From assembly GCA_020891255.1 (NCBI GenBank), contig BQFW01000012.1, positions 2,657,977 through 2,721,976 of the forward strand: a stretch of DNA of 64,000 nucleotides, written 5' to 3'. Under the pieces are notes generated by a model that was given only the letters and a program-made list of their open reading frames with translations, did not search any database and was not told the origin of the DNA. Source of the stretch: Entomortierella parvispora E1425 (Eukaryota > Fungi > Mortierellomycota). Shown piece by piece: positions 1 to 11,936 of this stretch. Made by a program: the position numbers and the translations under genes. Position 1 is the first letter of the stretch, and every line of letters starts with the position of its first letter.

Positions 1-69
1 CTGAAGTACAGCTTTCGTCAACTCATGATTGACTCCTTTGGTACGCTCTGCTTCCACAATGACATTTAG

Positions 70-510
70 ATTGTGCACGACAACTTGCTGAACCGTGATG
101 CGTTGTTGCAAGGAGCGGATATTGTGATCATGAACAACGTCTTCCAGTTCTTTGCCCCAGTAGAGATTCAACGTCAACTTTGGGAGTTTGTATACAACAA
201 CATTCGTCATCGTAAGGGAACATTGTTGATCACCATTCCCTCTCTTCAGGAACAACTCAAGGATGCTGGCTTTGACATGGGCGGTAAAAAGCCGAAGAGC
301 AAAAAGAAGAAGGTTCCTGCCAAGCCTCCAGGTGCAGTCTCCGCACCCTCCACGCCATCAAACGAGTCCGAGGCCACCATCTCCATTGGCAACATCACGA
401 GCTGGCTCAGAGTGGTCGATGTCCGCGTCACTGGCGAGGAGTTTGTAGAAGAAATGACAGAAGACGATCTGGAGGACCTCAAGATGATTCACATCTACGA
501 AGTCATTTAA
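70..510 (+). CDS. 3' exon of a SAM-dependent methyltransferase-like protein (DOT1-like motif), partial; gene begins upstream of the window
   Basis: After a TTTAG acceptor at 65-69 the frame reads IVHDNLLNRDALLQGADIVIMNNVFQFF..., resembling the D-V-I-x-x-N-N motif of DOT1-type methyltransferases; stop at 510. Family assignment is from a single motif. Confidence 0.5.
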   Translation: MVHDNLLNRDALLQGADIVIMNNVFQFFAPVEIQRQLWEFVYNNIRHRKGTLLITIPSLQEQLKDAGFDMGGKKPKSKKKKVPAKPPGAVSAPSTPSNESEATISIGNITSWLRVVDVRVTGEEFVEEMTEDDLEDLKMIHIYEVI

Positions 511-666
511 GCGTGTCCTTTCTGTTTATTTAAAATACATTCTTTTTTGTTTGAAATGCTATGCTACTTGTCGATTCGTGTGTGATGGGGGGGGGTAGCG
601 GAGAGAACTAGGGGACATTACATGAACAGTGAGTTTTTTTTTCATCTCTTCGTGCAATATCAACGA

Positions 667-3186
667 TTATGAAGAAAGTTGAGATCTCGATTGATGGTCG
701 AAATTTTCTGGCGCTGTTACGGCTCGATTGGACGAGAACTCTGCCTGAGGACTCATGGCGACAACAGCTGCTGGCTCGGCATCTTGGGCAGTGGTGACCA
801 GGGTCGCACCATCCTCCTCATGAAACTCTGTCTTCTCCGTGAGAGGTATAAGAACAGCGTGGGTCACTTCCGTGTTGGCTGGCCCTGAATCTGAATCTGA
901 GAAAGCACCATCCTGAGGTATTTGATGTGGTGTATTGGCCTGGTCTGCCCTCCGCTTTCGACGCCCAAAAACGCTGTTGCTCGAGAAAAGTCCGCCATTA
1001 TTGTTGTTATGGCCGGTGCCTGGAACAGAAACCGATATGGGCGTCGCTGGAGCTGTAAAAGGGGTCCCGGGCATCGTACTAGCTCGAACCATTTGACGGA
1101 TGGCATCAAAAGGTACAGCGCGCAAGCCTATCGGTCCCAAGTCCAAGTTTTCTTTTTCGTCCTCAAGTGTACTTTGTTCGTCGTCGTCATTTGTGTGAAG
1201 GTCGATTGTACTCTTGGATTTCTTGATTGTTTCTGCTTGGGAAGCACTCCTGGATGTCTGGAGAAGCACAACTCCTGCACAAATAACAAAGAATCCAAGG
1301 ACAACTGTCATGATCGAAGCTGGACTGGCCGAGAAACCCTGAAACAAGATGACAGAGGCAACCAAAGAGGCACTGGTGAAGAAGACGTAGTACACAGGTG
1401 TGACCATTGCAGTGTTGAACAAGTTCAGAGCCTTGTTCAGGTAGTTGATCTCGGTTACCAGAGTGCAAAAAACAAACACAATTGTCACGTAAATGAACCA
1501 GTGGTTGAATTGAGGCGTTCCTGTCGTAATGTTGTGGACAATCGCCGCACCCAGACCTTGAGTGGCAACAACGGACAGCGATCCGATCAAAGAGCAGACC
1601 GTGATGTAGACCAGCATGTGCTTCTTTCCGTATTTTGGCGCCACTTTCCAGATAATGCTGAAGCTTACGAGGATCACTAGACACATGTACACCAGAAAAC
1701 CTAGAAGGGAGCAGACAAGCAAAAAAAAAAAAAAAAAGGAAGAACTTGTCAGTCTTGTTGGATGGGCCTGTTTATATCTGCACAGTCACGACGCTCTCGT
1801 TGCCACAGCAGCACAGCAACGCTCCGCAGCCGACCTCTTCGATGACTGGCGCTCAAGCGCACTCCAATGGACGTCAACCATCCAAATGAAATCCCAAAAG
1901 GAATATAAAGCCAGGACGACCATTGTTTGAAAAACGCTTTACCTGGCTGAATAATGAAGTGCTTGAACTCATCAATGTCGGTGACCGCGGCCTGGGCTAA
2001 AATCAAGAAGAGGAAAGGGAGAGCAGCACCGCTGGTTAGCCGATCAGTTGCTGCTCCAACTGAATCACAATGGCAAGTTCTTGCATGGCGAATAACATAC
2101 CTGGGGCATGAAGGACAATGACAATTGCGCCCACAATACACAACGCACACCCGATTTTGCCATGAAGGTTCAGTTTTTCCTTGAGAATAAAGGAGGACAG
2201 GACCGCGCTAGATTCGACAAGGGCGAAAACATGGTTATTGCTTCTGGTGTAGAAGAGAGCGTGACTTGAAAGCACCGCTGTGCGCACTCTTTGACACCAT
2301 CGCTACATACCAGACTACGACACTGAGAGCTCCCAGTGGGGTAACAATCAGAGCTGGCGCAAACGAATACGCTACAAAGTTACATATTTCACCAATGATC
2401 ACTAAGAATTCCCAAGGTTGGAGAGACCGGGTGGTTAATGTCGACCCAACACGGACTGGATGGCACCATCACTCAAGAGAATAGATGTGGCAAAGGAGCA
2501 AGAAACACGACAATAAGTTGATGGCAGATAAAAGGGTGGTTGAGGTTGATCTCACTTACTAATGACCATGCCTGTCCACCACAATGGAGAACGCAGATAC
2601 GCATGTCCTTCGCCTGCAATGACACTAGTTCGAAGTAGTCCCTTCTTTTTCAGGACAAAAGAAGAGCCGATAAACATGCCTATCGCACAATCGAAAAACG
2701 GAGGAACGTAAGGCATTCAGTCAGTGTCAGTCAGTGTCAGTCTGCCTCGGCGAATTCTCGGATTCCAATCTTCCCAAGAATATGACACAAACAAACAGAA
2801 AAAAAAATACGCGCGCGCAACGCTGCCAACCCCATCAAGAACGACAAGGCAGGGAAAAGGGGGGAGATGAGAACGAGGAGAGGGACCGATCCTCGGACGG
2901 GTGAAGAGTTGCGACAGCGTACACGGGGGGAAGTAGTCTGAGATAGAATCGGTGTCTTTTACAAAAAACGAAAGTGCAGTTTTTCATGAACTCTGTGCTC
3001 ACTCTCTGCCATTGTCGAATGCGGTGGAATGAGCATGCGGGTCGAATGAGGAAAAGTAGGAGACAACGAAGGAAAGAAGGCGGCCATACCGCTAGAGACT
3101 GCAAGGGCCATGCCGATGAACTTGTAATACGTTGGAGGCGGAGCTGCCCCGCTGCCTCCAGGGGCAGATGCAGAAGAGTCGGCCAT
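667..3186 (-). CDS. NIPA-family (DUF803) magnesium transporter, multi-exon
   Basis: Exons: MADSS...[14 protein letters not shown] (ATG 3186), [16 protein letters not shown]...[11 protein letters not shown] (~2570-2680), [27 protein letters not shown], and ORF 667-1722 with [37 protein letters not shown]. These are hallmark NIPA motifs, with GT-AG introns. Confidence 0.93.
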
Positions 3187-3810
3187 CAAGGATTGGTGGT
3201 GATTCGAGGAGCCGGATTGCAGGGGGAGAAAGGGAAAGGGGAGGACGGGAGCGGCTGTATGTGAGAGAGAGTGTGTGAGTGAGAGAAGAACCGAAGGACT
3301 GAAAGGTGGAGCTGTCAGTCAGTTGAACAAGAAAGGGATGAAGACCGGAAGAAAGAGAAAGGAACCTGCAGGATGAAGAAAGCAAAAGGAGCGAAGGGCG
3401 CAAGCAGGCAAGTTGGAAGGACATGCCAAAAATAAAAGGGCCCTTTGGTTTGGACAGCAAAACACCATTGCGGACTGAATGATCCATGGTCTGTCCCTGT
3501 TCTTCTGCCCTTTCACTCTATCTGCGTCTGCTGTTGCCAATCAAGACCCCGGATGGACCATGTCGTAATGATTTTGCCTCCCGCAGGCCCGTGCTGCGAA
3601 CAGACGCTGGCTGCATGTGCCACCGTACATCGGAGGCTATCTCCATCAAGCTTTCACCTCTGCGGTCATTGTTTTTTTGGCAAGAAATGACGGTGCGCCA
3701 CCAATCTTTGGGGACGGTCACCCAAGGACAGGATCTTTCTGTATTATTAGGATCTCTCAAGGTCCCTCTCTCTCTCTACAGGTGCAACGTCTACACAACC
3801 ATCCGTTTTT

Positions 3811-6601
3811 TTACAGCATGCCAGCCGCCATCGCAACAAGCAATCCTGCGGTGAATGTCCGCCACAGCCCCGCGTTCTCAGGAGAGAGCAACAGTGGCAG
3901 TCCGCTCGCACCGCCCATCAGGCGGATCGGACCACCGAATCCTCCAAAGTGTATCTGATGCACCTGACTATTGTTGGCCGCAGAAGGCGCCGAGGCGGCC
4001 GTCGCCTTGGGGGACTGAGCGGATGAGTCAATGTTGCCATGGCTGCCACCACTCCCAGCGAGTCCCAGTGTGCTGGCGTTACTTGTGGCCGCTACACGCA
4101 CCACGCCGATCTTCTCTGCAGCTTTGGCTAATCGGCCCTCGCTCGCCAGCACATCTACAGAGCCATGGTCAGAGGGGCCAAAGCAATTCTGACCTCGCCC
4201 AAATCCGATCCTGCCAAAGTCTGCATCCCCTGGCTGAGCATCGTCGTTTCCACGCTCGAAATAGACCACTTTGCCAGCGAAGAGGGTCTCGCCCAAGATC
4301 GTGCCCACACTCCCCGGCATCACGGCTCCTCCACTAGCTGCCTCAGACTCGATTGCATCCGGTGATGTGCTCGAGGCGAATCCTATTACAGTAAAGACGA
4401 ACAGTCAAGACTTTAGTTTTTTTTCTTCATTGAGATGGAGAGTTGCGATCAAGCGGTCGAGAAACAATAATTCAATAGACACTTTTTTTCTTACCATGCC
4501 ACCAAAAGTCAACGTAGCCCGGAGGGGCCTGTCCGGCAGGCACGGCCTTGATCCTCAGAAAACTGGATGTGTAAATTGGAATAGACACCCCAGACATGAC
4601 CACCTCTACCGCCCTTGCAGCTGTGGCGATTTGAAAACTGGAGCGCGGAAGTCTCAAGACCGCGTTCTTGAACCAAAAGTTGTTTACATCCTGCTGAGGG
4701 ATCAAGCTGGACCACTGCACAATCGAGGACTGGGCCAGAGCTTGGATCAGGAACTGGAGATTGTAGTGGCTCATCAGAATGTTGGTAGTGCCGCTGTCAA
4801 CAATTGTCTTTGGCAAGTTCAGGTTCTGCATGCCTTCGATCTTCTGGCCCATGACTTTAAATCCATCGAGCTGAACTTGGTACCAGTCCTTCTTGACCAG
4901 AGGGACAAACTGCATCGGCTCTGCCAGGTGTGCTTTGGAATAACCCCCGAGGAACATGTTGCCCGACTTTGTAGTGTTGGCTGTTCGTCCACAGAGCTGT
5001 AATGCAAACCCGTTGGGGATCTTCATTGCAGCCGACAAGGTGTCAAACAAGGTCGGTTTGCGATCTACACTTAGAGAGCGATACCCGAGACCCCAGATGC
5101 CATGCTGAGCCCCACACTCCTGACTGAAGAAGCCCGAATTTTCCATGATGGCTGCAAACTCGACGTTGGTTTCTTTTTCCATGGTGATTTCAGAGTTCAA
5201 AACCGTAGCAGAAAGGCTGGTTTGGTTCTTGCTGTCCTTGCTGTCTTTGTTGTCATTGATGGGCGTTGCCACTTTGGCCATCTCCAGTGTCAACAAGTCG
5301 GATGTCATCACGCCATTCCAACCAACAGAATGCGATTTGATCCCGTAGCTGACACGGATCGTCTGACCATGCTCCCGGGAGGTGCTTGAGAGAGGGTAGA
5401 GATTCTCTGCGGGAGCCACCGCCAACACTTTCCCTGGAGGCGTCGTTTGTGCCTTCTGCGTCTGGATCGATTCTTTTGCTATAATCTGATTAAATTTTGG
5501 GGTCGAGGCGAGGTTGTTTTTCAGAGCTGAAGCCATGGACTTCAGCGTGCTCTTCCGTGCCAAAAAGTCATCCATGTTGCCTCCATTGGTGTGTTGTGAT
5601 GAGATGCTATGATAAGGCACAGAGACTGGCGAAAGCGGAGCCCCAGGAATCGGGCCATGTGGAAATTCAAAACCAGGGTGAGGAGATGGTCGTGAGACTG
5701 GCGACGTCATGAACAGCGAGTTAATCGTGGTGGAGGTGGTCACGATCGAAAGCGTTGCGGGTGATATCGCAGCTGGTTGAGGAAGACCTTCGTTTTTTGG
5801 TGGTTCTGGACGGACAGTGTCAGGTCGTGTGATGATATTGGAAGGAATAGCACTGGTCGCGGTCCCGGTCGCAGCGCTGGGTATAGGATTGCGTATTGGC
5901 TGAAGACTAGATGCCGCAATAGGCTTGACTAGAGGAACCCGCAACAGCCTCAAAGATTCCTGATTCGTATTGGGAACACTGAGGGGATCTCTGTCGATTG
6001 GGATCTCTTCCTCTTCATTTGGGCGAAAGTGATCCTTTCGTTGAATGACACAGTCGCGGCACGCGCTGGATGCAACGGCAAAGTGGGCACTTCCGGTGTC
6101 AATGATCACATTGTACTAGTGTTTCCAAATGTTGAATGCTAGGAGTAAGAAATGTTGCACTGAGGGGATTGTTCGCGCGCTTGAAGAGAATCATCTGGGT
6201 TCAACTCTTACCTCTGAGCCAGCAATGCGAATCTTGGTGGTGTAATCGCAATTTGGGTCCCCCTCTAGGTCAAGCTGAACAACGCCATAGTCTTCTGCAG
6301 AAACTATTACATTTGCCGATGACGGGGCTGTTGTCCCTGAAGTCTCCTTGACAGGAGTGACCACGTCGGGTGTATTGCCTTCCTGTTTTGTTTCTCTATG
6401 GGGATGAAGCAGATTTTCAATTGCGTCGGTAATTGGAGTCCAAAGAGCGGGTGCGGCTGAGCAGACTGAAGGGGAAAGGAAGGAGGGGCTGAATGAAGGA
6501 CCAAACAGGAGAATCGCCACTGAAACAAGTGCTAATTGTTGATGAACGGTCCAGATTTTGGGTGGATAACGAGCATGGCGCGAGCGCGAATGTAAGTGCA
6601 T
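3811..6601 (-). CDS. Secreted/membrane-anchored pepsin-family (A1) aspartic protease, BACE-like; 3 exons
   Basis: N-terminal hydrophobic segment (LALVSVAILLFG); both catalytic motifs IIDTGSAHF and TIVDSGTTN; GIWGLGY, FALQLCG, RIGFG..C; hydrophobic C-terminus. Introns at ~6115-6210 and ~4390-4495. Confidence 0.9.
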
Positions 6602-7144
6602 GGAATTGAGGCTTTGAGGTATTAAAGAGAAATGGTTGGAGTAACAAAGAGGGAAGGCAGCAGCGGAGCGATGATGGCTAGGAGCAGCGATGAATGGAAA
6701 AAGAGAGGACTAACAACGGCCGAGTGGATATTTTATCAGCAGACGGTCTGCTCTTGTTTGCTGATCAGTGCATCTGCACGGCGTTCAGGAACCGACAACG
6801 GCCAGAAAGCCATTGACTCGCAGCTGCAGCTGCAGCCGGAGCCACACATTCCATTGTACCACTGATGCACGCTATGACAGCAACTAACAGGTTCGAGCTG
6901 ATCCTGGCGTCTCTCCAATTTTTAGTGAGAACAGGATAGAAAGGCATGGCGCGCGATTTATTATACTTTACAGAAAGAACAAAAAAAGAGGGGACGAAGG
7001 GAGATAGTATGACGATGAATGGAAGGTATATAACTGATTTTGACAATGAAAAAGAAAATGCTGATGGACGACAAAAACGGAGGAAAAAAAAGTTGGAGGA
7101 CGCGCGTGCAAAGGAAGAGAGGACAAAGCCGTGAATGGCTTCCA

Positions 7145-8239
7145 TCATTCTTCTCGAGACTCTTCCTTGTGGGCGCCATGTGCAAGGACTGGGGCCGGCT
7201 CACGCGACTGCATCACTCCAAGCTGTGTCCGCGCCATGGAGAGACCATAGGTCAGCTCGACCACCTCATTGTCCATAGATCCACATCCATCCCGTAGACC
7301 AGCCGCCAACTTGACGAGATCCCGAGCAATGTTTTCAAGGACGCGTGCGTGTCTTTCTCTTTCTTCTTGCTCCGTCATCAAGTTCCTGGTCTTGCGCACC
7401 TTTTCATGGAGACGGCTTTCAACAATCTCTCCCAAATCCGTTGTAGGGATGGTATCGCATCCAATGAAGAGCTCCATCCATAGCTTGGGGCTGTTGCTGA
7501 CCCAGAATTGGCCATCAACGGCCCGGTAGAAAAAAGGATTCGAGGCAATGTCCAGCTCGATCATCCCCTGCTGAACACATTGCTCCTCCAAGCGGACATT
7601 CCAGCTGGGGACCACGATCAGTTGGATGTACCAGTCGCCGACAACACGATAGTGATCTGCGAAATACAGCTTGAAATCTGGGAACAGCTGTCGTTGCATC
7701 TGACCAAACTCGACCTGGAACCGCGTCTTGCCATAGGGCGAAGTCGCGACCGGACCGCCGGCACCGGCGCCCGTTTCGTCCAACTCGCTCTCCAGGGGAG
7801 AGCCCGTTGCACAAAAAAAGAGTCCAGAGAGATTGAAGAAAGGATTCACCACGGGCGAATGGTCATCCTCTCGGACCAGATTGTACTTTTCTGCAGGGTA
7901 CGAGAGTAGGAATCGGCTCTTGGATTGTTCCAGTTGTTTCTCCTGGCGCTGTTGGTCGTCCGGATGCCAGTTTCGGTAGATGCGGCGACAGGGTTGGGAT
8001 GTGGGTGGGGAGCAATAGACGAGAGCCTCTTGGTAGCGCTTTTGGATCAACGATTCCAGCATTTTGCAGTAGGCTTCGACAGGTTCGTAAGGAGGAGGGT
8101 TGTGTTCTGGAGTGTGTTGAAGATGTTGCATTTGTGGTTGCTGCTGCTGATTTTGTTGCTGTGGCTGTTGGTGATGGTGGTGGTGGTGTTGACGGTGCTG
8201 ACTGAGATCCGCAGCGAGGAAAGATTGAATAGCACCCAT
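7145..8239 (-). CDS. Intronless 364-aa protein with a PHYHIP C-terminal-like domain and N-terminal poly-His/Gln tract
   Basis: Motif series IYRNWH / SGLFFCATG / SPYGKTRFQV / LYFADHY / LDIASNPFF matches, in order, my recollection of animal PHYHIP (FYRNQH / HGVFFSCNT / SPYGRWRFQI / LYFADFY / LDIACNKFL). Confidence 0.8.
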   Translation of the reverse strand: MGAIQSFLAADLSQHRQHHHHHHQQPQQQNQQQQPQMQHLQHTPEHNPPPYEPVEAYCKMLESLIQKRYQEALVYCSPPTSQPCRRIYRNWHPDDQQRQEKQLEQSKSRFLLSYPAEKYNLVREDDHSPVVNPFFNLSGLFFCATGSPLESELDETGAGAGGPVATSPYGKTRFQVEFGQMQRQLFPDFKLYFADHYRVVGDWYIQLIVVPSWNVRLEEQCVQQGMIELDIASNPFFYRAVDGQFWVSNSPKLWMELFIGCDTIPTTDLGEIVESRLHEKVRKTRNLMTEQEERERHARVLENIARDLVKLAAGLRDGCGSMDNEVVELTYGLSMARTQLGVMQSREPAPVLAHGAHKEESREE

Positions 8240-11200
8240 TGGAGCGTCCTTGGAGTGAAAGTCTTGAGGGAGTCTGATTGAAAGGGAAAGGGATTGATTG
8301 TAGAAAAAAAGAAAAAGAAAAGTCAGCCTTTTTGAGCGGAGGTTATAAAGAAGAGTCGGACAGGATTGGATGGGAGGTCATGGGTAAATGAATGAGGGAA
8401 GGAAATAGTGAGCAAGTGTCGGGTTTGAGCATTGTCACAATTCTCTCCCTCTTTCTCTCTCTCTTTCTCTCTTCCAGGCCATGAGAGGGATGATATTAAT
8501 AACGGGTTGACTGAGCAGATGGAAGACAATGGGCTGGGCTTGGACTAGACGGGCTGCAAGGGGTGGGGCCTCCAGGTCTTCTTTGTTGCCAATTGCTGCA
8601 ATATCACAATATCCACATGTTGTTACAAGTGACAAGTTGGTCGAAAGCGCAATCAAATGGAGCGGGGAGAAGCCAAAAAGAATAAAGGAGGTGCAGTCAT
8701 CAAAGAAGAAAGAACCAGAACAGGCGATCAAAGAGAGGGGGGAGGGAGGGGAAAGTGGGGCGGAGGAAGGAGGACTGCATCAAACACTGCAGCTAGTCTG
8801 CACCGAGCTGCAAAAAATGGCTGTGGATGCGGTGTGGGGAAAGCAGGAGACAAGACGCAGAATGGAAGGGCAAAGGGAAGAAGGATAACGGATGATACCG
8901 CTTGTGCAGGTGAAAGTCGAGGAAATGAAGAGGTTCTCGATGCAGGACACCAGAAAACGAAGAGTTGTATTAAAAGAACGTGTCCTGCCATATCCCCTTT
9001 CCTTCCGTTCATTTAACCATCTGACTCAGGGACAGTGAGCGGGGTCATCGGCCCCCCCCAGATGAAGGGAGAAACTAAGGAACAAAAGAAACAAACGAAC
9101 AAGCCAAGAACACCGATAAACAAGGGGTAAGATGGTGCAAACAAAACGATCAACGTGAAGGGCAAAGGTGCTTGGGTGCATGCATGGATTCAGGTGTGGC
9201 TTCTTTGTTCGAACACAGGAGTATTTTTCTCAGATTGCCACCATTTCATGTGGAAGACAGAAGGCTTTGTGTCCCGCTTTTTTTGTCCATGCCCGCTGTT
9301 GGCCAGTCCCATGTGCATGTTTATCCATGTCACCCTGCCGCCCATCGATTCTCACTCGTACTCCCTCGCCTCTTTTTGCTCTCACTCTCCATCTCCCTCC
9401 CTTCCCTCTTCCCTCTTTTCTCTTTCCCTCCCATCTATTCTTTGATCATCTCTGCTCGCTCGAGGCGAGGGAGTCTTGACTGTCTCGTACCTGAGTAGAA
9501 CTTCAGACGGTAGGTGCAGTGAGGCTGGAATGGTGGAAACGTTCCTTCTTGATGAAGGTATGGTAACAATGGGAGAGGGGTGTGCTGCACTAGGGAGGCA
9601 ATGAGCCAGGGATCAAAGGAATGTGTGGTACCCTTTGTTGCAAAGTGGTCAAACAAGAGCAGGAGCAAGAGAAAGGGCGGGAAAAGACCGGGAGTGTGAT
9701 TGCGTGAGATAGAGGATGTGGATGGTAGTGTGGTAAGGTTGTGTGCGTGTGGATGTGTTTCTGTACGTTTGCGTGTGTGCCTGTGTGTGATGTTGAGCAA
9801 GACAAAGAGATGAGGATGAGAGGGGGGAGGGGAAAAGAAAGTGCGAAAAGGAGAATAAGAAGGGAAGAAGAAGAAGAGAGGAAGAGAAGAAGAGGAGCGT
9901 TTTGTTCTCTTTCTCGGGCAAAGGGATTGTCTTCATTCTCTGCATGTTTACAAGTGTTGCGCCATCCTGACCTGTCCTCTGGTTGCTCTCTCTGTTTGCA
10001 TGGATGGACTGGCATCGCTGCATTGCATGGTATCCGCGCCGGCCAATCCTTCCGTCCAATTGTCCCATCCCCACTTTTTAATATAAAATCGCCTGTAAAA
10101 AAAAATGAACAGAGGGAGTTGAAATGAAATGAAATGGGGTTTGCGTCCATGCTTTGTTTGCGTGTCCTGTTTGCCTGCGTGCTTTGTTTGTTTGCCATCG
10201 CTGAGAAAAAAAACGACCGACCAGAGAGCACTATCAACAAAGCAACTTTGACTTCTTTTGAGCACCTGTTGCCATCACCTTGCAGAAAGAGAGGGAAAGA
10301 AGAACAGGCCACGGAAATGGAAAAGCTGCTAGTCTGTCTGCATTCTCGTTAGTTTTGGTGGACGGTGTGCATCCCAGACTCGGGATGGTCGTGTGCGACG
10401 AAAATCACATCAGACCTGGACCCGACGGTCACTGTCGTGGAGCGACCTGACTATCGTTTTGTTTTTTTGCCTGGCAGCTTGATCGTCTGTCAAAGAGACT
10501 ATAATTACCCACCCGGGCCCTATCCTGCAGAAAGACCTCGGTGTACCTTGCGATGGTGGAGCGGGTGGGGCAACACGGCAGTAGAGCGAGAGGGCGCAGT
10601 GACGGTGGGTCGGGTATCAATTGAGTCGCAGTTCGATGACGCACCGATGGTTCTTCAGAGAATACAGCCAATACATCCAAGACAGGACTATTGGAAGCGG
10701 AACTAGACTAGATTGTTGTACATAGCTCATGAACTTGGCCCCGGTGTCAATTCCACAGAATGACCTACAGTACCTGCTGTAAGTATGGCCTTCCTCGCTT
10801 GTTTTCTGAACGGAGTCAGAACAGCATTGAACAGACACTAAGTTCGTATCGCTGTTCATTTCCCACTCAAATTAAAATGAAATGGCACGAGAGCCTTGTA
10901 TAAAAAAAAAGTTCTCTTTTCAAAAACAAAGTAACGGAGCTTGCCATTGTCCAAGTCCAAGAGGGTGATGAATGTCTCCGATGCTGCTACTTCACTCCAT
11001 AAAAAGGAGTACCTACAGTAGTCCATGCAAGTACATACATGTAGTGATTCTATTCATATCCTCATCCCTTGCCATGGATCCAGGGAAGTAAACCAAAGGC
11101 ACAGAAAAGAGTTCCATTCCAAAACCATCGCTGTGAGCATCGTGGTGATTATTTTTAACACCCTACCACAATACCGCGACACAACGGCAGAACAACACAT

Positions 11201-11936
11201 CGCAATGGGGCACTGAGGAGCGTTCACTACGGATGCCTCAACATGTTCCCGGTCAGACTTTTCACATAGAGCTGTAGGAAGGTAGGTAGGTCAACCATTC
11301 ATGAACTAAACGTTTTCTCTCTCCACTGGTCGATCAATTTCGATTTTCAATCCCCCTCCAGCAGTCAGCAGAGCGCCAAAGAGTCTGCTCTTGAGAGCAG
11401 CCCTTTTTGTCTTTCGTGTTGACATTGCAATTGCGAGAGCAGATAGAGGTTTCTTCTCATCATTTCGTTCATTCCGCTCACTGAAAATCGATAATTTATC
11501 GGGCACATCGATGATTGTGTGTCTATAGCCATTCAGGAACCGAGACGCGCCGGTCATTCTTGCAGTTGGACTGACTCTAGTTCTGTCATCTCCCCCCCCC
11601 CCCCACCCCTAGTCTTGTTATCTTTCACCTCCGTACTTGAGCTCGAGGCGGAAAAAAAGTGAAAGAATGAACCACTTGTTTTCTGACAAAACTATGAATT
11701 AGCGATGCTTGTGTTCCAATCAAGGCTCGTGCGCAACCCTTTTGCGCCTACGGCCTGTTGTTGTGTTGTCTGTCTGACACATGAAAATGGACTGCATGCT
11801 GCACCCGATAGCAAAAAAAACGTGTTCTGTCTGACTGCATTGACCTTTCATGTGGCCACAGCGCCACAGCTTATTTATTGATCCGCATCCTTTTCGTTGG
11901 GTGCACAACACGGAAACACTACGGTGTGAGGCGCTC

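Noticed and set aside
11229-11271. Ubiquitin-like start LYVKSLTG on the minus strand
   Set aside because: The frame hits tandem stops after 14 codons and no further ubiquitin similarity follows.
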